A stretch of DNA of 64,000 nt from the NCBI GenBank assembly GCA_964035545.1, contig OZ037766.1, positions 29,328,640 through 29,392,639 on the forward strand. Reading direction: 5' to 3'. Both the position numbers and the translations under genes were made by a program. Below, one piece after another: positions 52,401-64,000 of this stretch (the first letter of the stretch is position 1; each line of letters opens with the position of its first letter). Under the pieces are notes generated by a model that was not told the DNA's origin, did not search any database, and saw only the letters and a program-made list of their open reading frames with translations. This DNA comes from Bugula neritina. Its lineage: Eukaryota > Animalia > Bryozoa.

Positions 52401-54169
52401 GCTCATTGCTAACTTTAAGTTTAGGAGAAGCTAAATTGCCATACAATTACAATAGTAATTGTAATAAAAATTTCTTAGTTCATCAATTAAATGCAATTGA
52501 CTAATGAGCATAATTACATTTAGACTTGGAAGATTACTTGTTCTAAGCTGTCAGATTGAGATACTGAGACTGAGTCCTAGTGGCCTTTGTTTTTTACTTT
52601 ACCCGCGAGTATCACGTGACACAGCTTTAGTTAAAATCTTGGTGACACTTTGTAAATTATTAGGAAGGACGTTGATGTCTCTATCACACTTTATACAAGA
52701 ATTTATCTAATAAACTCAGGCAATTTAGCAATAAACACTTTTAAAAGGTCTATTTACTCTATATATGACCTTTGCACTCATTCACCACCAACTTGGAGCT
52801 GCTTATAGAACTATTCTTGCGCCATTGTATTATCTATTGGACATAATATTATTTTTCCTTTTATTCACATTTTCCTCGTTACTTAGCTGTGCTACAGGTG
52901 TATATTCAAGCAGTATTTTATAACGTTAAGCGATATATTGTATGCTATGCTATATATATATAGATCAGGAAATACACATGCAGGGTTTTATCCTTCTACA
53001 GAGTAGATACTACACAGTGACATGGGATATTTATAGAGAAGAATATGCTAATCGTAATTATAATAGATCGTTAACAATTTGAGTAGGAGCTATTTTAGTA
53101 AAATAATTTACGAAGTCAACGTAATTTTATATCATAGCACAATCTGCCCAGAAAATATTTGCCAATGAAAATAGAGGTAACAAAAATAAGTGGAATAGCT
53201 AATATTTTTATGTGTATTATATTCACTCTTTCTCCCCTTCTCCCGCCCTCCCCCATCTCTCTCCGCCTCCCTCTCTGTACTACACAACTATATCGCATGT
53301 CCTGCAAGCAACAAATTCATTTATCATAAAAATCTATATCTGTATCTGAATTGTTTCGGGATGACTGTCAACTCATCACTGGGTGTACCTTTTTTGCATT
53401 TTGTTGGTTTGGTAAACTGTTATAAGTAGAATAATCCCTAATACATCTTCATGCTCTCCATAATCGTCTTTTACTAGCCACCCATCATTTATCCACCACT
53501 AAAGTTCTTCATTTTACACATACAAAGTTTTGTTTATATCTACAGCTTTGTGTTAAAATAAATAACAGAATTATTATATATATTTGCATAATATATATAA
53601 ATAACCTAATTATTCTAATTGCCTAATTTAGCAACCAGTTATATTATAAGCATGCACAAAATACTTTCATTTATAGTGAGTGATACACATGATAGTTAGC
53701 ATTGTTGAGTTTTAGGTAAACTTCCTATTATATGAGCTTTCAAAAGCATAATCAATTAGCATGAGTTTAAATTGCTATAGCTTCCTTCTACATCTAACTG
53801 ATAACATGGAAGTAGCCTGCAAATAAATAATAATGAACTACAGTGGTTGAGAATATAATGTTGAGGAGACAACTCGTATATTCATCGTAAATAACATTGA
53901 CATAGTAAAGATCTAAAACTACACAACTATTTTTTACCACCTCTTCAAAAATAAAAATCTATATAGCTCTCGACTCATTGAACTATAAGTTTCAGTTCAG
54001 TGTCTCGACTATGCCACATTAATTCGGCCTCCACTGCTACAGAGAGTGGAAGTTGGACAAGAACCAGTCAGACTCAAACTAAACTGGTGACAAGCCGCTT
54101 TAAGTTGATTACTAAAAGAATTGCTACAGCAGCGTTTACCTCACATAAAACATACAAATAAATAGAAAA

Positions 54170-57100
54170 ATGATACTTCCATTTGTTATATTCGCATGCC
54201 TCATAATTATTGTCCTTCTAGGAACTTTGTTTTGGCTTTATCCGGTGAGTTCAACATGAACATGAACAATAAAATTAAATATAATTATAAAATTAAAAAT
54301 AAGTATAAGTGTAGCTGATAGTATTACTTTACTATTACTATTACTATAGTATTAGTATTGCATTTAGTATAGCTGTATTTAAGTCGTATGCTTTGTGTAA
54401 GTATTACAATGACAATCACCATGAGTATGACTTTGAGTAGATATTAGTATCACATTCACTGTCAGCAATGACAATCCTTTAATCGATTATATTGAACGAT
54501 ATGAATAAAATTAGTAAAATTTTAATAATTAAAAACATCATAACTATAAGGCATTATGACAGTATAACCCTTTATATAGGCTTAATCAGTTAATGGGTAA
54601 ACCCAATACTAATTATAATACTATTGGATAAGATAAGTATACCTGAAGTCGATGTTAAGTTTACATTTTGAGTTTGTTTTAAGTTTGAACTCCGCCCTGT
54701 GAAGTTGAATGTGATGGCAATTATTCAATATTGCAACTGATTCTGTGTTAGATTCTTTGTAATGTGTGATGTTCAACTGCATTTTTATATTTATTATTAC
54801 TAGTACAAGTACTTGTAGTTGTTATTGTTTTAGAGAAATTGATCAATTGTAGTTCGTTTTAACTGCTTGTTTTTTGCTTTGTAATTCATATAAATTTATG
54901 ACAATTGATAATGCTTTCAAATGTATATCTGAATGATTGTTTTTTGTTTTAGGGATCACAGAAAATATCCACAGTGCCTGGACTTGAACCTAGCTCAGAG
55001 TCGTGAGTCTAATTTTATGTTTTAATATAATAAGTATGTATACAAGTTTTTGTAGCAGTTATAACTAATTTTAGTGCAGTTTGAGATATATTTTTACACC
55101 CTCTTTCCATTTTAATAAACAATACATTTTTAATATCATAATTAAAGATGCTGTGTAGCATTTGTATTGTTTTATTAAAATGTATTAACAATCTATAAAA
55201 AAATTTAGCATGCGGTAGAAATTACATATAAGATAGTTACAGTTTTTCATTGATTGACAGTAGTAACTTTCTTAAATGCGCAGCTTGAATGTGTATATAA
55301 ATTTATAACTAGTTCTATGCCACACTTGATGGATAAGCACTAGCTTCCAATTACTAGACAAGATGTCGAGAATTTCGCTAAATCATTAGATAATCTATAA
55401 AAAAAATTAGCATGCGGTAGAAATTGTAACATCCTGTTGTGCGTGAGACTTAGCATGTTGTTCCACACTTTTAAAGTTTATTCATTGACGAAATGCCTAT
55501 TTTTCAACTATCTTAAACTGATAACATCTATTGCAGAGATGGTAATATTCCGGACATTCAAAGTGCTGGTAGCATGACTGAGTTTCTTGAGAAATTACAC
55601 AAAGAGTTTGGGCCTATAGCCTCTTTTTGGATTGAGAAAGAGTTTATTGTTAGCATAGCCAGTCCCGAGCTGTTCAAAGAAGTTTCGCATATATTTGATC
55701 GACCAGGTAACTCTATGATGACTGAAGTCACTCTACTGCACAGTACTGAGTATATGTTAGCTTGCCATCAAGTGGAGATACATATTATATTCTTAGTATC
55801 ATATTCGTAGTAGGTACTGATGTGCTACTTCCTGACTATATACAACATGCAGGTGTTACTAATGTGATATTCTTCAATATTGCAGTATCTCTGTTTAAAA
55901 GCTATGAACCACTGCTTGGCCTTCAAAGTATTCAATACAAAAATGGACCTGATGGCCAACAACTGAGGAAACTTCATGACAGGTCCTTCACTCAGGCCAA
56001 GGTCGTCTCTCAGATGGCTGTCCTTCAAGAGGTGAAGATTTATACACAGATTATCACTCTTTGCCGTTTTTTATAGAGTTCAAATGTCATACTGGACAAT
56101 ACTGAACATATATACTTCCTAAGATAAACTAATATTTTTTCCTATAGTTTGGAGTTTCAGAATAAAACATAGAATTGACTTAGCCATCTCATCTTATTCT
56201 ACCCTATTTTATTCTATCTTATCTTCTGTCCGATCTTATATCCTATTTTCTCGAATTTGAGTAAAATAGGATGTTTTTGCCGCTAGGTCAAAATGATTTT
56301 TTGTTTTTATTCATGCTTCTCTGCTATGATATAGTTTCATATATTATATCTTTTGTTATAATAGACCCTTTTCAGAGGTCCCTAATATCCCCCTTACAAT
56401 TAAGATTTGTGTCTTCCCAAAATGGAAATTGTTGAACAAAATAAACATATTTTTGTGATTTTGGTTGCTGAGCAATGCTGAAGTGCCACATCAGCGTCGC
56501 TCAGTAACCAAAACCACAAAAATGCTTTCAAATTTATTTTCTTCAAAATTTTTCAGGAAGAAATGTTTTTAATTTTTTCAACTGCTAATATGTGTGCTTA
56601 TACCAAAATATCTATCTCCTAAAAGAACAATTCTATAACATATTTGGAATTTTGAGTAGCAGCCAAACTTTAAATTTTTAATGAGTTTGCTGTTTATACA
56701 AAGGTTCAGCGTATTCACTTTGGGAGGACACAACTCCTAATTATAAAGGGGAATATCAAGGACCTCTGAAAAGGGTCTATACATTACGTTGTAATACACT
56801 GTTTTATATTGCACTATCTTGTCATTCACTAGGTAGCAGTAAATGCAGTTTTATAACAGATCTTTATTATAAGAATTATTTTTTAGGTCATTGAAGAGCT
56901 TCTGAAAAAATGGAACAAGATGGCCATTACCCAAGAACATATACCGCTCGGATTGCACATGTCGGCTGTTGTAATGAAATCTCTCACTCGTTTTGCTTTT
57001 GGTGAATATTTCAAAGATGAGAAAGCGTTGATAGCTTTCAGAAAGGATTATGATTTTGTGAGTGATGCTGTAGATATCGGATGTTTCAATCTCCAATTGT

Positions 57101-60100
57101 TTCAAGTCATTTAATTGTTTAGCATCAGAAATGCTTCTTCTTGAAAACTGACTGTCAAGCATACTTTCTCTTGTTTCTGATCCAACTTATGTGGAGGTCA
57201 ATGGTAATGTAAGCTGATCATACCAGCAGCTGATCATTGGATGCCCTGCTCTATTCACAACATGAATTTCATATAAAGTGAGAAACCGTGATTTCCCAGC
57301 ATCTTTTTGATGACTACTTGGTACTTCAATCACCTGCTGTCATTTTACACCAAAGTCATCATGTTATTTTCATATTTTATTGTTGACAGTGTTTCTGGGC
57401 AATGGAGAATACATTAGTGGAAGGACCAATGAAACCTGGAAGTGATCGAGAGAAAAAGTTCAAGGAAGGTGAAATGAAACATTGTCTTGATTTTGTATTA
57501 TACTAATAGATCATTAATTTACATACATAGTGTATATATTGATAGACACAATATTCTTTAAGTTATTGGTATAATTTATCTCCCTTTATTTACCTGTATA
57601 TACTTGTATTTACCTGTATCTTGATATTTAATGCCAGGTATTCAACGTTTGAAGAATATCACCAGTGAAATCATCCAACGAAGAAAACAGGAAGAAATAT
57701 CTCCTGATGACCGGATCTTCATTGGTAAGAGATGTTTAGTCATTGTAGAATTCAGTATGGTATGTAAAATATATGAATAGATACATGAAACATTATAATT
57801 TGCATTGATTTTTATATCAGTTGCTCATTTTAAGAGGCAGCTTTAACAAACTTCCTTTAAAACACATGTTCTAACTCGTAGATGTGTTTGTTATGTTGTG
57901 GAGTTTATCAGTCACTCACTAGTCAATTCCAGTCATTGTTTTGCCATGTACAGTATTATTCATCATTTCTCATTTACCAGTAGTATGTGTTGTGTAATGT
58001 CTGTCTACAGATGTTTTAATGGAGAATTACACAGATGAGGACATGATATTTGATGACATCATCACATACTTGATTGGAGGATCTCACACAACGTCATTCT
58101 GTGAGTGAAGCAGCAATATGTGTGTGCTCGTGCGTGTGTACGTGTGTGCGTGTATAGCTGGATCTATGAACGAAGACAGACAGCCAAATATGCAAGTCTT
58201 CTGATTATTTCGTAAGAAGCTGTTTTTCTTCTATCTAATATTGATACATATTTTAGTTATGACATGGGCCTTATATTTCCTCGCTACACATGAAGATATG
58301 CAGGATAAATTATATGCTGAAGTGACTAAGTACTACAAAGGAGGTCCCATAACCTGGGACATGATTAAAAACATGACGTATGTTGTATCTTTCTCTCTTT
58401 CAGCGTTTGATATTGTTAATTACTCGACACAAGAGTTACATTTAACTCGGCTGGTTTTGACAGACTGCAACTCTTTTCTTTTCTCAGAACAATACGTCAG
58501 CATTTCTAACTTTTAATGTCTGAACGAAGTTATATTATTTCGATAGTTCAACATTTTTATTAAATTTGATTTAATTTATTATGTAATATTCTGCACATTA
58601 TATTTGTATGATTCTATAAATGTCATTTATTTATTTCTAATGTATATTGATTTTAGTTACTTGGAGAATTTTTGCAAAGAGACTCTACGATTCTCCCGAT
58701 TGGCTCCCTTCGCTGCTCGTGTTTCCTCCCATGACAGTCTGCTCGGTGGTCATGTGATACCGAAAAATGTAAGTCTGTCTTTAACATGCTTTAAAACTGC
58801 TTTGTTATTATATCCTTGGATGAAATAACAAGCAGTTTTATGCTGAATAGAACTGTATAATTTGATTGGGCATATAATTTGATAAAAAAGAATTGTGACA
58901 CATATAATATATATTACATGTATAAGATGTATTCCATGTTTGTGTCCATGCATGCGCATTACATTTCACTAAAAAATTTATTGAAAAAAGTAACAATGTT
59001 TGGCTAATCAGTTAAAACAATTTGATTAAGGATACCATCGCAGTGAGAAGACCAATCTCATATATTTAATTATCTAAATGAGCTTGAAACATGATGCCGT
59101 AGTTTCAGATTTCAAATTGTGTTTTCTGTGTGTTTTGTTAGTATCTGATAATTTAGACTTCTGTTATTTGATTCTCATGAAAAAGACATTCAAGGCAGAG
59201 AGCATACAACTATTAACTTAAAACTTGGTGAAAACAATTCAAGAGTAATAGTTTTATGTGGCTGTGATTCCACGTCAATGTTCTAAGATCTTGTAAGGAG
59301 ATGTTCTTGTTCTGTAGACTCCAATAATAACATCAATAGGGACTCTGTTAAGTGACAAGAATCTATGGAAGGATCCGGAAACGTGAGTACAATTTACTTC
59401 CTTTTTTACTACTCAGTTCTCTGCGTGTATTTATCTTCATATTTATCAGATGCCAAATTTTACGATGTTTTGAAAGTGTAACATTTTATCTACTTCGTAA
59501 CAACTAATTTTTATTTTCCTTTCTCTTTAAATCGCTGTCTTAGGTGTCTTATGTAATGCCTATATTAATTGAACTAATGAAAATACCAGTAAAAATTTTT
59601 GTTCATAAACCAACAATAATGTCGATTGGTTTGTTTTTAAAATAGATGCAACATGGAAGTTTTTCACTTGTATAGCTACACTATGATTCCACGTTTTCTG
59701 GTAGAAATTGCATTGCTTTTCTCGCATTGATAGTTTTTTTTTTGTCCACTTTCATATATTTAATTTTAATCTTTTGCTATTATTACTTCTTGGCAATAAC
59801 GAACATTAAAATTTTGTTTAATGGGAAATTTTGTAGGAGTTTATATTTAATTGCCTGCAATAATCATGATGCCAAATGACTTTGTTCAATCTGTCAACAT
59901 TGGTTATTTTGCTGCTCTTTTCCAGCTTTAACCCTGATCGATTTAATGAAAGACCTCCACCATATGCATTTGAACCATTTGGTTTTGCCGGAAAGAGAAA
60001 ATGCCCAGGCTACCGACTTTCCGAAATTGAAGCTAACATTTTCCTCATACTCACTATCAAACAATTTAAAGTAATATACTGTACATTATATTATATATAC

Positions 60101-60445
60101 CCTCATTTGGAAGCGTACTCAAACACATTGTATTTGAATTTGAAATTATATATAATATCCATTATACTTATTCTAAGCACTTTAAATCACAAATAAATTA
60201 TTGCAAATTGCATTCGATCTACTAAAAGTGTTACCCTAGAAAATTTCCCATTCAATTTACAACTGCAACTTTCAATTTAATACCTTTTCTACAGTTTGCC
60301 CTCTTGTAACAATATCTCTAAGTTTACAAAGCAGCTTTTTGATTGGTAGGTTGCATTGGTTCCTGGCCAAGTGGTCAAGAATTTGTATGGAATTGTTACT
60401 AAACCAGCTGATGAGATATGGCTGACAGTGGAAGAAAGGAAGTAG
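54170..60445 (+). CDS. CYP20A1: Cytochrome P450 CYP20 family, complete, 13 exons, 468 aa
   Basis: Exons 54170-54244, 54953-55002, 55537-55706, 55886-56031, 56887-57057, 57390-57468, 57638-57724, 58011-58100, 58257-58377, 58657-58768, 59318-59382, 59926-60070 and 60350-60445 total 1407 nt and read open. The N-terminus (WLYP..VPGLEP..DGNIPDIQSAGSMTEFLEKLHKEFGPIASFW) matches CYP20A1. ETLR, PDRF and heme motif FGFAGKRKCPG are present, and the C-terminus is YGIVTKPADEIWLTVEERK. Confidence 0.93.
55190..55425. repeat. Direct repeat (~35 nt x2) in CYP20 intron 2
   Basis: aatctataaaaaaa(a/t)ttagcatgcggtagaaatt at ~55190 and ~55392. Confidence 0.7.
56361..56780. mobile_element. ~420-bp MITE with ~60-nt terminal inverted repeats and an internal hairpin (ISL2EU/Harbinger-like or TA-target type)
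   Basis: ATAGACCCTTTTCAGAGGTCC...GGACCTCTGAAAAGGGTCTAT is a perfect 21-nt IR that extends imperfectly to ~60 nt. A 2-bp AT or TA duplication is possible. An internal IR lies at ~56449-56524. Confidence 0.85.
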
Positions 60446-60844
60446 TTTAACATTTCTTATCTTATATTATGTTATTAAAAGATGATTTATCTACTTACTT
60501 TTATTAGAAATATTCTAGTCTGACTTCTGGGCTATGTAAAATTGTTTCTTTATTATATTTAAATATTGACGTTCTATGATTCAGAGAAATTTTTAATGCT
60601 AATAGTTGGATGATTTTATTGGATAGCTTTAAGCTAGTATTTTCATTTCTAAAGGCTTGGGTTAAATGTTTAAAATATTTATTGTTAGTTTTTAAGCTGT
60701 CAACACATGTGGATTCTAGTTACCACAAGTCCAGGTTGACTATGAACTAGTTTTGCCTTGAATATTGTATTTCCTAATCATTTCAGTACAATAAAGTTTT
60801 TAAATAAACACTAATTTATTATATAATATATGGTAAATATGGTA

Positions 60845-60950
60845 TGTGTGCGTGTGCGCCGGCGTGCGCGCGCGTGTGTTTATGTACTTTTGCGTGTGTG
60901 TGCGTGTAGATATTTTTGCGTGTGTGTGTGTGTGTGTGTTTATATATTTT

Positions 60951-61011
<61 letters not shown>

Positions 61012-61025
61012 ATATATTTTTGCGT

Positions 61026-61059
<34 letters not shown>

Positions 61060-61087
61060 ATATATTTTTGCGTGTGTGTGTGTGTGT
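60845..61087. repeat. Compound (GT)n microsatellite with TATATTTTTGC spacers
   Basis: GT runs interrupted by a recurring AT spacer. Confidence 0.92.
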
Positions 61088-61586
61088 TTTTGATCTTATA
61101 AGTAGTACTATCAGTAAAAATAGGTTAGATTGAGCATTTATTTTAACTAGTAGTTTTTACTAACGAATATTAACAATAGACTATCATTATGATAGGCAGT
61201 TTTTGTTTCGCGCAACAGGTGTTTTGAGACACGCTCGTCGGGTCCCTTCCGCGATAAAATAATTATGTGCATAATAATTATATTAATACGAATTGGGCTG
61301 GCTATTGTATTATTACGCGGGTTTCGCAGCCCGAGAAGCAGCACCCAAATAGTGTTCACTATGCCCTCGAGTGTAAAAAAACCAATGCCTATGCAAAGCT
61401 TAACTCAGTGACCCCAAACTATGTGTTACGTCTAACGATTTCTGAAGTAAAACTTGCACGGGTGAAATAAAAGGCACACTGAAATGCCACTGGTATCGAA
61501 CTTATCTAAGCCTACTGATCATTGTGAATACTAAAATTGCTGCCCTAGTGTTAAACTCACAATAAAAAGTACAAGTAACTCGAACA

Positions 61587-61667
61587 ATGATACTTTCATT
61601 TGGCATACTCGTATGCCTTATACTTATAGTCCTTCTAGGAACCTTGTTTTTGCTTTACCCAGTCACG
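61587..61667 (+). CDS. Exon 1 of a second, tandem CYP20-like gene (rest not in window, or truncated)
   Basis: MILSFGILVCLILIVLLGTLFLLYPVT followed by phase-0 donor GTAAGC, versus MILPFVIFACLIIIVLLGTLFWLYP in the upstream gene. The ~80 nt upstream of the two ATGs are also similar. Confidence 0.75.
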
Positions 61668-62810
61668 GTAAGCTCACTAATTTCAATTTATTTCAGTACT
61701 ACATTTTGGTTTAGTCTTACTATGATCATAATATTACTATAAGTTTAAGTTTAACTATAAGTATTATGTATTACTATTAGTATAACAATAAGAATTACAA
61801 TCAGTAGGACAATTACTAGTAGTAGTAGTAGTAGTATTAGTATTAGACTTAGTTTAGATTAGACTAACTTTCAAGTATCTGCAATGGGCAATGGCAATCT
61901 TGATCTAATAAAATAATAATATGAATATGAATATAGTTATTAATTGGTAATATCTTATTTTTAAGTTGAAGCAACACCATGATTTTAGTGTTTTTTATCA
62001 AGTATAATCGTAATGTGCGAGATGCTAAGGGATGTAATTGAGGTGCAAGTTAGCGTCATATAGTAAGCTTTATTATTCAACTCTATACATATTACACAAG
62101 CACATTCAGCATGTGTTCAAGCGTGTTAGTAAAGAGAAGACAATAATATCAAAACACAGCAACGATCATAAGCATATTTATTTTTATTTTAATATCAATT
62201 TTTCAATTTCATATTAAACTTATATTTAGTTTTTCACATAGTAAATAATATATATACAAGTTTTAACTATAAGTTCACTGATATATATATTTCACAGACA
62301 CAACTTGCTATTTTAAACACATCTTCACTGATAAAAATTATATGCAGTGGGCTTATAAAAATTCTATTAGTATTGTAGTAAATATTGTAGTGAATTTTGC
62401 CAGTTCACTATTATTATGTGTGGGTCTACTTAATCAAAGCCACTGCACCAGGTTGTTTACGATAAGATACTTTATTATTTACACAAATACAAGAAGGTTA
62501 TTTACTGCTAGCATGAATAGAAAACGATTACATAATTAGTGAGCTTTAATACACAACTACTCTAAATGAAGTCCCAAGCTGCTCTGCCGGCTAGCTACTC
62601 AGCGCACTGCAACTACGAGTAGCTAGCTCCACCTGCTATCAATTAGTCTGCCTGTCCTGATTGGTGGTTACTAATGGTGCCACTGCTGTCCATAGCTACA
62701 TGCCAATGTAGTCGAACTCTACTATAGCATACAATGTAGAGTTGACCTTTTTGATGCTAATTAACTCCATCCATAAGCATAACGCTATCATCTTCTACTG
62801 AGCACACCAA

Positions 62811-62900
62811 AGCCCTGGCCACACGATCGTGAGAATGACACGAAACTCGTGTGACGATTTTCGTGAGTTATCTTTTCGTATTGACCAGCCACATGATCGT
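62811..62900 (+). mobile_element. Possible PIF/Harbinger-type terminus fragment
   Basis: AGCCCTGGCCACACGA start and a CpG-rich subterminal region with repeated GCCACAYGATCGT. No partner end was seen. Confidence 0.3.
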
Positions 62901-62906
62901 TTAAAC

Positions 62907-62975
62907 CAGGGCTGTCCAAAAGGCGGCCCGGGGGCCGGATCCGGCCCTCCAGCTATATTTGTGTGGCCCCCCAAG
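62907..62975 (+). mobile_element. hAT/Charlie-type DNA transposon left end
   Basis: CAGGGCTGTCCAA..GGCGGCCCGGGGGCCGGATCCGGCCC..TGTGGCCCCC is a typical Charlie/SPIN subterminal pattern, preceded by the 8-mer GTTTAAAC (NTNTANAN target type). No right end in window. Confidence 0.65.
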
Positions 62976-64000
62976 GTATAGCAAGTTACAAATTTTTTGT
63001 TTAAATCAAATTTGCTAACTAGCCTGAAACAGCAGCACAATTTCTATTAAAATGTAGTTTAATTTCTTGTACAATATTGTTCTGTGGGTGGCATGCGTGT
63101 TACCTACTTATTATTGTTTAGCCTGAGATCAAACTACAACCAATAACAGCAAGCTAGTCATTATAGCCTGTTAGCTAGCAAGCTTGTGACTTACAATATG
63201 TAGACCCCTCTATTATATGCTCATCTCTACGCGTTTACTGAAGCGTGAAGTGATGCACAGTGCTTACTACTTAAAAAGAAATATACCATTTCCAGTATAT
63301 AAATCCATAATTTACATAAAATCTAAGTCATTGCTTTTTTATTCAGATATCATGCTTTCTTGCTAAGTTATTTTACTGGTACTAAACAATCAACTTTTCA
63401 GGCAAAATTAGCCGAAAATGTGCAGTTTTTTTTCTACAACTTTGCAAAAGAATGAAAAAATTCCAAAAAAGTTGCACTGGAAAAAAATAAGATTCACACC
63501 ATAGTTTTTAAATTTTGATTCTAGTAGCATACAATTAAATGAGATTTTTTTTACTGGTACTAAATTTTTATACAGTTACAATGCAAACCTGAGCAAGGCA
63601 GTTGCAGCTAAAAAGTTGCCCTTAGCTATCTTGTGCAGACAGATATTTCAAAGACATTTAATCAGGACTGGCCATATATAGAGACAAGACTTTTTTGTAA
63701 GTATAACTGAGATCTCACTTTTATTGACTGTATTGTGAAAGATAAGTAGTTGAAGAATCTCTGGCACACTTCACTTATGCAGTACTAAAATATTCTTATG
63801 TATGTTAGTTTTCATTTACATATTGTTTTAAGGTTAGGTGCCTAAACAATTTTGTTTTATAATGAACTTTTGTGCGAGTATGTACTGAAATGATTTGGGA
63901 TTTGTGATTGCCTTGACCTTTGACATTTGACCTTTGACTGTTAGGTACTATAAAACTTATACTATTTATAGCTAACTTTCATAGCATACTATTGTTAGAT

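Noticed and set aside
60830-61133. Cys/Val-rich ORFs (also His/Thr-rich 13062-13532, Tyr/Ile-rich 14716-14916, Pro/Leu-rich 22889-23341)
   Set aside because: Translations of microsatellite or low-complexity DNA.

Overview
AT-rich, intron-rich animal (invertebrate-looking) genomic DNA, so the ORF track shows only exon fragments. I rebuilt the genes by hand from GT..AG sites and reading-frame phase; family calls rest on my recall of reference proteins, not on database searches. From left to right: (1) a CHST15-like type II membrane protein (minus) with a degenerate PAPS-binding loop, apparently nested on the same strand in intron 4 of (2) EXOSC9/Rrp45 (minus, first 4 coding exons only); (3) a divergently transcribed ~17-exon gene for a ~930-aa protein with two THAP zinc fingers, an AT-hook, a coiled coil and a P-element/THAP9 transposase-like helical segment but no catalytic domain (candidate domesticated P-element gene); (4) a SoxB2 (Sox14/21-type) gene with two introns in the HMG box, in a gene-poor region with RFX X-boxes and a TCF/Sox/POU motif cluster; (5) OBI1/RNF219 (minus), with a minimal hammerhead ribozyme carrying a G12A change in one intron; (6) a complete 13-exon CYP20-type P450 (plus) followed by exon 1 of a tandem paralog. 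There are also a SINE with target-site duplication, a MITE, transposon ends, and mini/microsatellites. No prokaryotic or CRISPR features were seen.
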